In this document: positions 37,741-49,535 of the stretch, one piece after another | How the letters are laid out: the number at the start of each line of letters is the position of its first letter | Position numbering within the stretch: position 1 is the stretch's first letter | DNA from: an uncultured Gammaproteobacteria bacterium | Lineage (GTDB): Bacteria > Patescibacteriota > Patescibacteriia > S139-126 | NCBI GenBank assembly: GCA_964540695.1 | Contig: CAZINS010000001.1 | Span: 156,826-220,825, forward strand | Length of the DNA: 64,000 nucleotides | Reading direction: 5' to 3' | Made by a program: the position numbers and the translations under genes | Notes under the pieces: generated by a model | What the model saw: only the letters and a program-made list of their open reading frames with translations | What the model was told of the DNA's origin: nothing | The model's database searches: none

Positions 37741-37770
37741 AATCTCTTGACAAAGTCAAAAGATTTTTTA
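37741..37770 (-). terminator. Rho-independent terminator downstream of tRNA-Asp
   Basis: On the minus strand: AATCTTTTGAC TTT GTCAAGAGATT followed by TTTTTATTT. Confidence 0.6.
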
Positions 37771-37847
37771 TGGCGGGGCCGAAGGGACTCGAACCCTCGA
37801 CCTCCTGCGTGACAGGCAGGCGTTCTAACCAACTGAACTACGACCCC
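37771..37847 (-). tRNA. tRNA-Asp (anticodon GUC), CCA encoded
   Basis: Minus-strand sequence GGGGTCGTAGTTCAGTTGGTTAGAACGCCTGCCTGTCACGCAGGAGGTCGAGGGTTCGAGTCCCTTCGGCCCCGCCA folds as a cloverleaf: D-stem GTTC/GAAC, anticodon stem CCTGC/GCAGG with loop CTGTCAC, T-loop TTCGAGT. Confidence 0.9.
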
Positions 37848-37896
37848 GTAATTAATAAAAGACAATAAAACTATTATACTCTAACTAATAAATAAA

Positions 37897-38694
37897 TCAA
37901 GACTTTACTGTCTGACGATTAAATTTAAAATATAGAATAATTACTATTAAAATAGATAACCCGCTAAAAATAATTGGCCAACGGATATCAAATATCATCA
38001 GCGCTGGATCCAAACGAATAAACTCTAAAACTAGTCGCAATAAAGAATATAGTCCAAGATAAAGCAAAGTGATTTGGCTGTCAAACCTTTTTTTCTTAAG
38101 TAGCCAGAATAAAACTATAAAAATAACTAAATTACCAATTGACTCATACAAAAAAGTCGGGTGAAAATAAGAGTAATCTATAAATTCAGGCAGACGGTTT
38201 TTCACAGCAATAAAAATTCCCCAAGGCAAATTTGTAGGTAATCCGTATAATTCCTGGTTAAAATAATTTCCCCACCGACCAATGGCTTGTCCCAAAGGTA
38301 ATACTAAACAAATAGCATCAGTCAAAGTCCATAATGACCTTTGCCATTTTTTACTATACAACCACAATACTACCAGCCCTCCGAGCCAAGCCCCGTGAAT
38401 AGCCAGTCCTCCTTGCCAAATTTTTATAATCTGCCCAGGGTTAGTAAAATAAAAAGCAGGTTCTACCAGTAATACCTCATAAATCCTAGCCCCCAAAATA
38501 CCACCAATCACCAACCAGAATAATAAATCCCAAACTTGTTCACTGGTCAAAGAAAAAACTTTGGCTTTTTTTAGTAAAACAAAAAAAGCAGCTAAAATAC
38601 TTACCAGCATCAATAAACCATACCAATGTATTTGGATAAAACCAAAATTGACTAAAATCGGTGCAGGACTAAAAGTGTGAAACCAGGAAAACAT
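37897..38694 (-). CDS. lgt: Prolipoprotein diacylglyceryl transferase
   Basis: 265 aa, conserved HWYGLLM and GGILGARIYE signature, multi-TM. Confidence 0.8.
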   Translation of the reverse strand: MFSWFHTFSPAPILVNFGFIQIHWYGLLMLVSILAAFFVLLKKAKVFSLTSEQVWDLLFWLVIGGILGARIYEVLLVEPAFYFTNPGQIIKIWQGGLAIHGAWLGGLVVLWLYSKKWQRSLWTLTDAICLVLPLGQAIGRWGNYFNQELYGLPTNLPWGIFIAVKNRLPEFIDYSYFHPTFLYESIGNLVIFIVLFWLLKKKRFDSQITLLYLGLYSLLRLVLEFIRLDPALMIFDIRWPIIFSGLSILIVIILYFKFNRQTVKS

Positions 38695-38784
38695 ATTATT
38701 AATAAATTTTATAATTTTTAATTTTTAATTTTATAAATATTAATATAATTTTAAAAATTACAAAATTACAAAATTAAAAATTTT

Positions 38785-39390
38785 TTATTGTTCTCCCAAC
38801 GCGGCGGAGATGATATCACTCAATTGATTCCAATTTTGCACAATTTGACCATTAACATAAAAAGTTGGAGTGGCATTTACCTGACGACTACTAGCTTCGG
38901 CCATATCAGCCCGCACCACATCATTTTTTGCCCTGGAATCTAAACAAGCTGAAAAAGATTCTTTATCAAGACCTAAACCCTCAGCATAAGATACCAGTTC
39001 ACTGGGAGAAAAATTTGGCTGATTCATAAACAATAAATCATGGTATTCCCAAAATTTACCCTGGTCATTGGCACATTCGGAAGCGAGTGCCGCCCTAAAT
39101 GCTTGCGGATGAATTGTAGTTAAAGGAAAATGTTTAAATTCAAATTTAATTCTATCACCAAACTCACTGGTTACCCGCTTAACTGTATCTTGAGCAGACT
39201 TACAAGCTGGGCATTGAAAATCAGAAAATTCCTCTACTACTACAGTAGCTTCGGCACTACCTTTAAATGGTCTGCCACTGTCTACATTTTCATAAGTAGG
39301 GACATCACCCATACTTAACCAAATACCAATACCCCCAATGACTACTACTACCCCAGCGATTATAAAAAATAAGTTTGTTTTGTTATTCAT
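38785..39390 (-). CDS. DsbA-like thiol:disulfide oxidoreductase (thioredoxin fold, membrane-anchored)
   Basis: N-terminal TM anchor; FQCPACKS CxxC active site; 201 aa. Confidence 0.7.
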   Translation of the reverse strand: MNNKTNLFFIIAGVVVVIGGIGIWLSMGDVPTYENVDSGRPFKGSAEATVVVEEFSDFQCPACKSAQDTVKRVTSEFGDRIKFEFKHFPLTTIHPQAFRAALASECANDQGKFWEYHDLLFMNQPNFSPSELVSYAEGLGLDKESFSACLDSRAKNDVVRADMAEASSRQVNATPTFYVNGQIVQNWNQLSDIISAALGEQ

Positions 39391-39426
39391 ATTTTATAAT
39401 TTAAAATTTAATATTTATAATTTTTA

Positions 39427-39801
39427 TTATAACATATCAGGATCTTGTCCTTGACTAGTGATACTGCAGGCCTCAACAGTAGGTAAATTCAATTTTTCCG
39501 CCATACTTCTCACAATATCATCTGCACTACCAGGATTTAAATAAATTTTTTTAACCGGATAATCAACCAGTGACTGTAATATACCAATAGTTAAATAAGG
39601 TGGCACATAAATACTTATCTCATCTACTTTCATAGGTAAATCTTCTAAGTCACCATAACATTCTAATTCACCTATTTTCGAAGCATGTGGATTAACAGGA
39701 TAAACTTTATAACCACTTTTTAAAAAAGCAGTAATAGCTTTGTTAGAATATTTTTTAACATCTCTTGAGGCGCCAACAATGGCAACAGTTTTTTGGGACA
39801 T
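39427..39801 (-). CDS. CoA-binding domain protein (YccU-like)
   Basis: TVAIVGASRDVKKYSNKAITAFLKSGYKVYPVNP Rossmann-like CoA-binding signature; 124 aa. Confidence 0.65.
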   Translation of the reverse strand: MSQKTVAIVGASRDVKKYSNKAITAFLKSGYKVYPVNPHASKIGELECYGDLEDLPMKVDEISIYVPPYLTIGILQSLVDYPVKKIYLNPGSADDIVRSMAEKLNLPTVEACSITSQGQDPDML

Positions 39802-40781
39802 TATTTTGGTAATAAATAATTATATATTTCAAGTACCGCCTTTGCTCCTTCGCCGGCGGCAATGATTATTTGTTTTTGTGTAACGCTGGAAACATCACCA
39901 GCAGCATATATACCAGGCACCGAAGTACGATTACGTTCATCAATAATAATTTCTTTTTTACTGTTTAATTTTACCAAATTGGCAAAATTGGCACTATTTG
40001 GTTCATAACCAATTTCTTCAAAAACACCATCAACTTCAAGCCATTCTTCCTGTAAAGTTTTTTTATTTTTAATTTTTATTTTTTCTAACTTACCATCGCC
40101 GGCCATAGCTAACGTATCAGTATTATTTTTAATAGTAACATTTTCCAGTTTATCGATGGCTTCAGCTAAAGTAGTTTCCCCCCGAAAATTTTCATTGATA
40201 TTTATAATATAAATGGCTTTAGCAATTTTAGTTAGATATAACACTGCTTCCATAGCACTATTCCCCCCGCCAATGATAGCAATTACTTTATCCCGATAAA
40301 GCGGTCCGTCACAAGTGGCACAAAAAGTCACCCCATGACCAATCAATTCTTTTTCACCCGGTATATTTAAATTGCGTGGCTTAGCACCAGTAGCAATTAA
40401 CACCGCTCGCGATCTAAATATTTTATTGCTTTGGGTGGTTACAATAAATTCATTATCTTCAGGTTCTATTTTTATTACTGGGTCATTTTCTATAAGCTCC
40501 AAATCAAAAATGGCATTATCATCATCAATTTTTTTTACATGTCCATAAAATTTTTGTGATAATTCATAACCAGACATAAACTCATAACCTAAATAATTTT
40601 CTACCTCAGCTGACCAATTGGTTTGACCACCGATATCATTGGTTATCACTAAGGTATCAAGTTTACGTCGCGAAGAATAAACTGCTGCACTCATACCTGC
40701 TGGCCCCCCACCAGCAATAATTAAATCTAAGGTTCTGGCTTGTAATTTATCTAGGGATGGATGTAAATTATTATTTGTCAT
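39801..40781 (-). CDS. trxB: Thioredoxin reductase
   Basis: FAD motif GGGPAGMSAA, redox-active CATCDG, NADPH motif GGGNSAMEA; 326 aa. Confidence 0.85.
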   Translation of the reverse strand: MTNNNLHPSLDKLQARTLDLIIAGGGPAGMSAAVYSSRRKLDTLVITNDIGGQTNWSAEVENYLGYEFMSGYELSQKFYGHVKKIDDDNAIFDLELIENDPVIKIEPEDNEFIVTTQSNKIFRSRAVLIATGAKPRNLNIPGEKELIGHGVTFCATCDGPLYRDKVIAIIGGGNSAMEAVLYLTKIAKAIYIININENFRGETTLAEAIDKLENVTIKNNTDTLAMAGDGKLEKIKIKNKKTLQEEWLEVDGVFEEIGYEPNSANFANLVKLNSKKEIIIDERNRTSVPGIYAAGDVSSVTQKQIIIAAGEGAKAVLEIYNYLLPK

Positions 40782-40788
40782 ATGATTA

Positions 40789-41208
40789 TTAATCTAAATT
40801 TAAACCTAACTCGTTCATAGCTTGAGCAAAACTTTTTATAGCTCGCTCAGCTTCATTATTTTTTAATTTATAATTACTTTCATGAACTAAACGATTACGT
40901 AACAAATGAGCCGGCCAAACTTGACGTAAAGCCGGATAACGACCTTGTATTATTTTCAACCTCTCTCCTAAAGTCGATCCACCTATACCTTTGTGTTTCA
41001 ACAATCTATCAAATAAATTATCGGCTTCAATCACAGCTTGCCTTTGAGCAAATTCATCTTGACTTTTGGCTAATTGTTTTATTTTTTGCCAACTATCACG
41101 CCAAGTACTTAAATCAAACTCATCATAATCCATTTTTCCCCTGGAGGCAAAAATGACAATTAGTACTATTGTTACAAGTAACAATAAAGCTCCTAAAAAA
41201 ATTATCAT
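40789..41208 (-). CDS. membrane-anchored hypothetical protein
   Basis: 139 aa, N-terminal TM, helical soluble part. Confidence 0.4.
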   Translation of the reverse strand: MIIFLGALLLLVTIVLIVIFASRGKMDYDEFDLSTWRDSWQKIKQLAKSQDEFAQRQAVIEADNLFDRLLKHKGIGGSTLGERLKIIQGRYPALRQVWPAHLLRNRLVHESNYKLKNNEAERAIKSFAQAMNELGLNLD

Positions 41209-42659
41209 ATTTTTGGTAAATCAATTTTTTCTCTAACCTCTTCCACTGCCAAACCAATTTTAAATAATATTTCTTCGTTAAAACGTGGTGCCATCAATTG
41301 TACTCCTATTGGCAAACCATTTATCATACCAGCTGGCACTGATAATCCTGGCAATCCCGCTAAATTGGCAGATACCGTATAAATGTCAGATAAGTACATT
41401 TGCAAAGGATCGCTTACTTTTTCACCTAATTTAAAGGCGGTCGAGGGCGTGGTCGGCGTCAATAAAACATCGACTTGAGAAAAAACTTTAACAAAATCTT
41501 GATAAATTTTGGTTCTTACTTTTTGCGCTTGTAAATAATAAGCATCCACATAACCAGCTGACAAAACATAGGTACCAATCAAAACTCTTCTTCTAACTTC
41601 ACCGCCAAAACCTGTCCCCCTAGTTTGAGCATAATATTCTAATAAGGTTTTTTGTTCACCACCCCGCTTACCAAAACGTAAACCGTCAAATTTAGCTAAA
41701 TTGGAACTTACTTCCGCTGGCATAATAATATAATAAACTGGCAGAGCATATTCTGTTAAAGGTAAATTAACATCAATTATTTCCGCTCCCATTTTTTGTA
41801 ATTTCTTAACTAATTGCATGATTTTTAACTTAACATCCTTATCTAAACCCTGCACAAAATATTCCTGTGGTAAGCCAATTTTTAAACCTTTAATATCGGC
41901 TGATAATTTACTATGATAATTTGTATCTTTTTTAGCTTGAGTAGTGGCATCATAATCATCATGACCTGCCAGAGATGATAAAACCGCAGCTGATTCAGCC
42001 ACAGTCCTGGTAAATGGACCGACACAATCAAGTGATGAAGCCATGGCAATTAAACCAAATCGAGACACCAAACCATAAGTAGGTTTCAACCCCACAACTC
42101 CACAAAAAGCGGCTGGTTGTCTAATAGACCCACCGGTATCAGTGCCTAAAGAATAAACCACCTCGCCAGCAGCTACCGCGGCGGCACTACCACCCGATGA
42201 ACCCCCTGGGACGCGAGTTAAATCATACGGATTTTTAGTAGAATAAAATGCAGAATTTTCTGTACTAGATCCCATGGCAAATTCGTCACAATTATTTTTA
42301 CCCACCATGACAAAATCTTGTTGTTTCAATTTCTTAATTACCGTGGCATCATAAACAGCGGTATAATCGTTTAAAATTTTTGAACCAGCCGTAGTCCTTA
42401 AACCTTTGGTCATTAGTACATCTTTAATACCAGCTGGGATTCCTGCCAGTAAGGAAATTTTTTCACCTTTGGCAATTTTAGTATCAACTAATTTAGCTTG
42501 TTTTTTGGCACCGGCAAAATCCAAAGTTAAAAAAGCTTGTATTTTTTTATCCAAACTTTCTATCTTAGTAATGTAAAAATCTAGAATTTCTTCAGCACTA
42601 ATCTCCTTTTTTACCAATTTATCGTGCCAAGAAAAAATTGTTTCAACAGATGTATTCAT
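41205..42659 (-). CDS. gatA: Glutamyl/aspartyl-tRNA amidotransferase subunit A
   Basis: Amidase signature GGSSGGSAAAVAAG with catalytic Ser and Lys context; 484 aa; follows gatC. Confidence 0.9.
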   Translation of the reverse strand: MNTSVETIFSWHDKLVKKEISAEEILDFYITKIESLDKKIQAFLTLDFAGAKKQAKLVDTKIAKGEKISLLAGIPAGIKDVLMTKGLRTTAGSKILNDYTAVYDATVIKKLKQQDFVMVGKNNCDEFAMGSSTENSAFYSTKNPYDLTRVPGGSSGGSAAAVAAGEVVYSLGTDTGGSIRQPAAFCGVVGLKPTYGLVSRFGLIAMASSLDCVGPFTRTVAESAAVLSSLAGHDDYDATTQAKKDTNYHSKLSADIKGLKIGLPQEYFVQGLDKDVKLKIMQLVKKLQKMGAEIIDVNLPLTEYALPVYYIIMPAEVSSNLAKFDGLRFGKRGGEQKTLLEYYAQTRGTGFGGEVRRRVLIGTYVLSAGYVDAYYLQAQKVRTKIYQDFVKVFSQVDVLLTPTTPSTAFKLGEKVSDPLQMYLSDIYTVSANLAGLPGLSVPAGMINGLPIGVQLMAPRFNEEILFKIGLAVEEVREKIDLPKI

Positions 42660-42937
42660 GAAAATATTTTAGGAGTCTTTAGTAAACCGTCTTTTTTTTC
42701 TGGCATAGCTGCTAAAATATCATTTTTATCAAATGAAACTTTAACATCATCAGTACGTGTTTGTGACTTTTCATCTAAATAAAACCCTGGTTTTATACCT
42801 TCAGTATCAACTTTTTGCAACGAGGAAACAAAGCTTAAAATATCATCTACCTGATGGGAAAATGACTCTTGCTCTTGTTTAGATAAACTAATACGGGAAA
42901 GTCTAGCTAAATGCTCAATTTGTTTTTTATCAATCAT
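42656..42937 (-). CDS. gatC: Glutamyl/aspartyl-tRNA amidotransferase subunit C
   Basis: 93 aa, LARLSRISLSKQEQESFSHQVDDILSFV typical GatC; overlaps the gatA start. Confidence 0.8.
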   Translation of the reverse strand: MIDKKQIEHLARLSRISLSKQEQESFSHQVDDILSFVSSLQKVDTEGIKPGFYLDEKSQTRTDDVKVSFDKNDILAAMPEKKDGLLKTPKIFS

Positions 42938-43154
42938 AATCTTATTTTAACAGATAACCAAAAAATGCCAACATTATTGAAGTTTGAATATAGAATCTTG
43001 AATTTGACAAATTTTCCAATATTCTTTAATATAAAAACCTAAACTTTTAACGGCGGGGCGCAATCTTCCGTGAGGATGAATAATCCTTATAAGATTGGCA
43101 CCACCACCCATGCCAGCCCTGCCGTATATTTTGTTCTTTATCTCTAAAAAAATT

Positions 43155-43192
43155 TAAAAATTAAGCTGTCAAAAGACAGCTTTTTAATTTTA
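43155..43192 (-). terminator. Rho-independent terminator after ligA (palindromic)
   Basis: agctgtc aaaa gacagc with T-runs both sides. Confidence 0.65.
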
Positions 43193-43213
43193 AATTAAAA
43201 TTTCTTTAAACCT

Positions 43214-46077
<2,864 letters not shown>

Positions 46078-46108
46078 AACTTAATCCTATATACTTATTA
46101 ATATCAAA

Positions 46109-46705
46109 TTAAAATCTCTTATAAACTCGTGAGGAAACTGTAGTTTGTAAATTCTGAATATTTTTTTCCGCTTGTTTGATGGTAATATTCTCTGATACTA
46201 AAATTATAGTTACCCGAGGGGTACTACTTGCAGTAAAACGGTCATTGACAATAGCGTAAGGATCAGCATCGGGATAAATATAAAAATCTGATCGCAATAC
46301 ATTTACCCCTCTGGGGGTAACACTCGCCCAAGCCGAATCATTTTGTTTAACTGCCAAACAGCTAGTAGTACCTGGTTCACAAATAGCTGGTGATGAAGTG
46401 GTCATAAACACCAAACGGTTACCAGCCGGATCAACTAAAGGTAAATAATCAAGAGCCGGACTAAAATCAGTCGGATCAATAGCCGTATAATCAATTAAAC
46501 TCATTCTTATTTCCCGCGCCAAAACTTCCATCACAAATCTGGCATCAGCCTGAATTCTGGTCTCACCTACCAATTTGTTTTGGGTGGTTTGTGACAGTAA
46601 ATAAATATCCGTCAAAGCAATCAAAGCCACTCCAAAAAGTGCTAGTCCCACCACTATCTCCATCAAGGTAAAACCTTGTTGATTTTTTTTACTAATAAGC
46701 ATCAT
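46109..46705 (-). CDS. pseudopilin / minor pilin (prepilin-type N-terminus)
   Basis: QQG|FTLMEIVVGLALFGVALIAL canonical class III signal with Glu+5. Confidence 0.7.
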   Translation of the reverse strand: MMLISKKNQQGFTLMEIVVGLALFGVALIALTDIYLLSQTTQNKLVGETRIQADARFVMEVLAREIRMSLIDYTAIDPTDFSPALDYLPLVDPAGNRLVFMTTSSPAICEPGTTSCLAVKQNDSAWASVTPRGVNVLRSDFYIYPDADPYAIVNDRFTASSTPRVTIILVSENITIKQAEKNIQNLQTTVSSRVYKRF

Positions 46706-47318
46706 GCCAATTATATAAATTTTCTTCTAACCGATAAGTTTTGGTTTGACCTTTTTCTTGCCATTGCACTTGAGAAATAACTTTAATACCCACCGCATTC
46801 CAAGCTGCATAATTTTGACAATTACCAGCTACTACTACGATATTATTACGATTATTTTTAAACTGACACATGGTCACTCTGACTTCAATATTACGCCAAT
46901 AAGGTGTGATGGTACCGGTATTAGAATGGCTATAAACACCATCACTATCTAAATATAACCGACCGGCACTGATTCCGTTTGGTGTCAAATCAAGATTCCA
47001 ACGTTTTGTGGCTTTATCAAAATTTATATTACCATCGTAATCCGTAGTATTACTGGTAGTATTTTTTAAACCAAAAATCCATGAGTTTCCTTGTAACCAA
47101 TTTTCATCTCGGATATTTCTCACTACCTCTAAACCTTCTCTGGCCAAATTGGCCGCAATAATCTGGTTGATTGAGGTTTCATTACCTCGCAAATTGGAAT
47201 AAGTCAAAGTAACTGTGCCGGTAATACCAGTTGTTATAATCGCAATTGCCACAATCACTTCCATCATTCCTTGGCCCCATAAATTTTTACTTATCTTTTT
47301 CATACTAATTAATAACAT
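46692..47318 (-). CDS. pseudopilin / minor pilin (divergent N-terminus)
   Basis: GQGMMEVIVAIAIITTGITGTVTL hydrophobic pilin-like helix; 208 aa. Confidence 0.55.
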   Translation of the reverse strand: MLLISMKKISKNLWGQGMMEVIVAIAIITTGITGTVTLTYSNLRGNETSINQIIAANLAREGLEVVRNIRDENWLQGNSWIFGLKNTTSNTTDYDGNINFDKATKRWNLDLTPNGISAGRLYLDSDGVYSHSNTGTITPYWRNIEVRVTMCQFKNNRNNIVVVAGNCQNYAAWNAVGIKVISQVQWQEKGQTKTYRLEENLYNWHDAY

Positions 47319-47955
47319 CAGTAGTGGTAATTTTACCGGAAATCCAATTGATTTCTATATTGATACTGCGACCAGTGGGCAGATACTTTAAATTCACCCA
47401 CCCAGGGTTATAATCACCACAAGTGCCAACTTCGGAAGCACTCAGGGGTTGCACACCATTAAAGTATGTTTGTCCAGCCGGCACAGTAAAAACAATATCC
47501 ATAACACCATTATTAACTTTGGTTCCACAGGGATTTTCCGGATCATTCATTGCGGAAATTATGAACTTAGTGGGTAAATTGACAGTTTGTACGGCTTCAC
47601 CGGCATTGTAACGAAAATTGTAATTAGCGGTACCAATACTTTCACTAAAAATAATATACTGTTTACTACTACTAACAAAATGAATACCCCAATTACCAGG
47701 TATAGTTCCATTAGCAAGGGGCAAGGCTACCAACGCATTATTTTGCACACGTCTAATATCATTGGCCACTTCCAAAGCCTTAAGTCTAAGGGTATTAGTA
47801 TCATTACCTTGTTTTAAATTGGCCATGGTTATTCCCAAAATTATCAAAAAAATTGCCATTGACACTAATAATTCTGGTATAGTGAAACCATTATTTTTTA
47901 AAAATTCTTGCTTCATAGCTGACCTAAATACCATTTTAAAATAATCTCTCCCCAA
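47305..47955 (-). CDS. pseudopilin / minor pilin (prepilin-type N-terminus)
   Basis: NNG|FTIPELLVSMAIFLIILGITMA with Glu+5; 216 aa. Confidence 0.7.
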   Translation of the reverse strand: MGRDYFKMVFRSAMKQEFLKNNGFTIPELLVSMAIFLIILGITMANLKQGNDTNTLRLKALEVANDIRRVQNNALVALPLANGTIPGNWGIHFVSSSKQYIIFSESIGTANYNFRYNAGEAVQTVNLPTKFIISAMNDPENPCGTKVNNGVMDIVFTVPAGQTYFNGVQPLSASEVGTCGDYNPGWVNLKYLPTGRSINIEINWISGKITTTDVIN

Positions 47956-48698
47956 AGCAAAGCGATAAAAGTACCAATCGTTAAAAAAGTACCAAACGGA
48001 ATTTGTTCACCCCAGTGTTTCTTTTTTAATAATACCATACCTATGGCTACGACCGCACCGATTATATAAGACAGCATCATGGCAACTAGTACCTGGGGCC
48101 AACCTAAAATCAGACCCATCAACACCCCCAAGCGTATATCCCCACCGCCTATCCATTTACCCTTGGATACTAAAAACTGTAATAAAAAAAACCCACCACC
48201 CAACATCGCTGCCAACAGAATATTCAAGAAATGCCCTAAAGAAAAATTCATTATCATTTGCCACCCTAAAGCCAGTACCATAGCCGGCAGAGTAATTTTG
48301 TCTAATATTAAATAGTACTTAAAATCATAAACAAAAATTATCACCAGCCATACAGTAAAAACAAATAAGCCAACTAAATAAACAATTTCTGGAAAATTTG
48401 GTAAATGAAACTGCGGACCAATAATATGCGTTTGGTAAATGATAACAAATAAAAAACCAACCAATATTTCAACTATCGGGTATTGCCAAGAAATTTTTTG
48501 CTGGCAACTGGTGCAGCGACCCCGTTGCCACAAAAAACTGATAACTGGAATTAATTCATGCCAAGTCAAGGTATGTTGGCACTTAGGGCAGTGCGAACGG
48601 GCTAACACAAAACTTAAATTATGATGGAGTCGATAAACCAAAGCATTGATAAAACTGCCAAAAAAAGTCCCAATAATAAAAATAAATAGTGTATTCAT
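47913..48698 (-). CDS. pilD: Prepilin peptidase (A24 family)
   Basis: Zinc-binding Cys tetrad CPKCQH...CTSCQ in the cytoplasmic loop, 8 TM, conserved GGGDIRLG region; 261 aa. Confidence 0.85.
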   Translation of the reverse strand: MNTLFIFIIGTFFGSFINALVYRLHHNLSFVLARSHCPKCQHTLTWHELIPVISFLWQRGRCTSCQQKISWQYPIVEILVGFLFVIIYQTHIIGPQFHLPNFPEIVYLVGLFVFTVWLVIIFVYDFKYYLILDKITLPAMVLALGWQMIMNFSLGHFLNILLAAMLGGGFFLLQFLVSKGKWIGGGDIRLGVLMGLILGWPQVLVAMMLSYIIGAVVAIGMVLLKKKHWGEQIPFGTFLTIGTFIALLWGEIILKWYLGQL

Positions 48699-48818
48699 CT
48701 GAGGTTATTATAACATTTTTTTCTTATTATATAAAAAATATAAATTAATAATTATAATAAAAATAATCTTCCTTTAATTAAATAAAGGAAGATTATTAAT
48801 ATAAATTAACACTTAAGT

Positions 48819-49298
48819 TTATGGGAAAACACAAGCAGCAGAAGTAATACCAGACGGGGTCGCACAATGACTACCAGCGGCTAATTCCCCAGTAGCAGCT
48901 CCTAAACAAAAATTCAACTTATAAGATGCACAATCTGCAGCTGCACAAGCTGCTCCAGCATTTGTTTCTGATTGATACCAATATTGATTGGAGTTAGCTC
49001 CAGTTGCAGCGCAAGTACCGTCAGCTGGTGATGGTGCGGTTGGAATTGTAACCATAAAATTTGGCATTAAAGTAGTACTTCCCTGAATTGATGCCTCTGC
49101 TCCTAAAACCGGATAACCATTATTATCATTATAATATAATTCTAAAGCTGTTTGAATTTGTTTAACATCAGCAATTCTTTTGGCGTCACGTGATTTGGCT
49201 CTGGCATTGTTTAAAGAAACTACCGCTAGAGTTGACAATAAACCAATAATAGCAATAACCACCAAAAGTTCGATTAAAGTAAAACCTTTTTTATTCAT
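48819..49298 (-). CDS. Type IV major pilin
   Basis: MNKKG|FTLIELLVVIAIIGLLSTLAVVSL canonical prepilin; C-terminal Cys pairs; 159 aa. Confidence 0.85.
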   Translation of the reverse strand: MNKKGFTLIELLVVIAIIGLLSTLAVVSLNNARAKSRDAKRIADVKQIQTALELYYNDNNGYPVLGAEASIQGSTTLMPNFMVTIPTAPSPADGTCAATGANSNQYWYQSETNAGAACAAADCASYKLNFCLGAATGELAAGSHCATPSGITSAACVFP

Positions 49299-49501
49299 AA
49301 ATTCACCTCTCTTTCTATATTAGTGAAAATGACTTTTGCCACAGGACAAGCCGCGGTAACAAAAATCATTTTATAGTTAGATTTTTAAATATTATTTAAT
49401 AAATCTAGCATATTTATGCCCGACCTTTTAACTATAAATAATTATAGCACATTTTCAAAAAAACTACAAGTTAAATTATTTCTTAATCAAATACTAAACC
49501 T

Positions 49502-49532
49502 CCTTAATTCTTAATTCGTTATTCTTAATTCT
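49502..49532. repeat. 31 bp heptamer-based repeat element (TTAATTC units), intergenic copy between pilC and the pilin gene
   Basis: ccttaattcttaattcgttattcttaattct is 30/31 identical to 22618-22648 inside ileS. Confidence 0.6.
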
Positions 49533-49535
49533 ATT

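Noticed and set aside
37635-37865. ORF-track CDS of 76 aa
   Set aside because: Its translation (GVVVQLVRTPACHAGGRGFESLRP...) is simply the tRNA-Asp gene and flanking GC-rich element read as protein, with a TTG start. Explained by the tRNA.
43051-43124. GC-rich 74 nt element as a tRNA gene
   Set aside because: Attempted cloverleaf: the acceptor stem has an A-C mismatch, there is no T-loop consensus, and the interior forms one long hairpin rather than D/anticodon/T arms.
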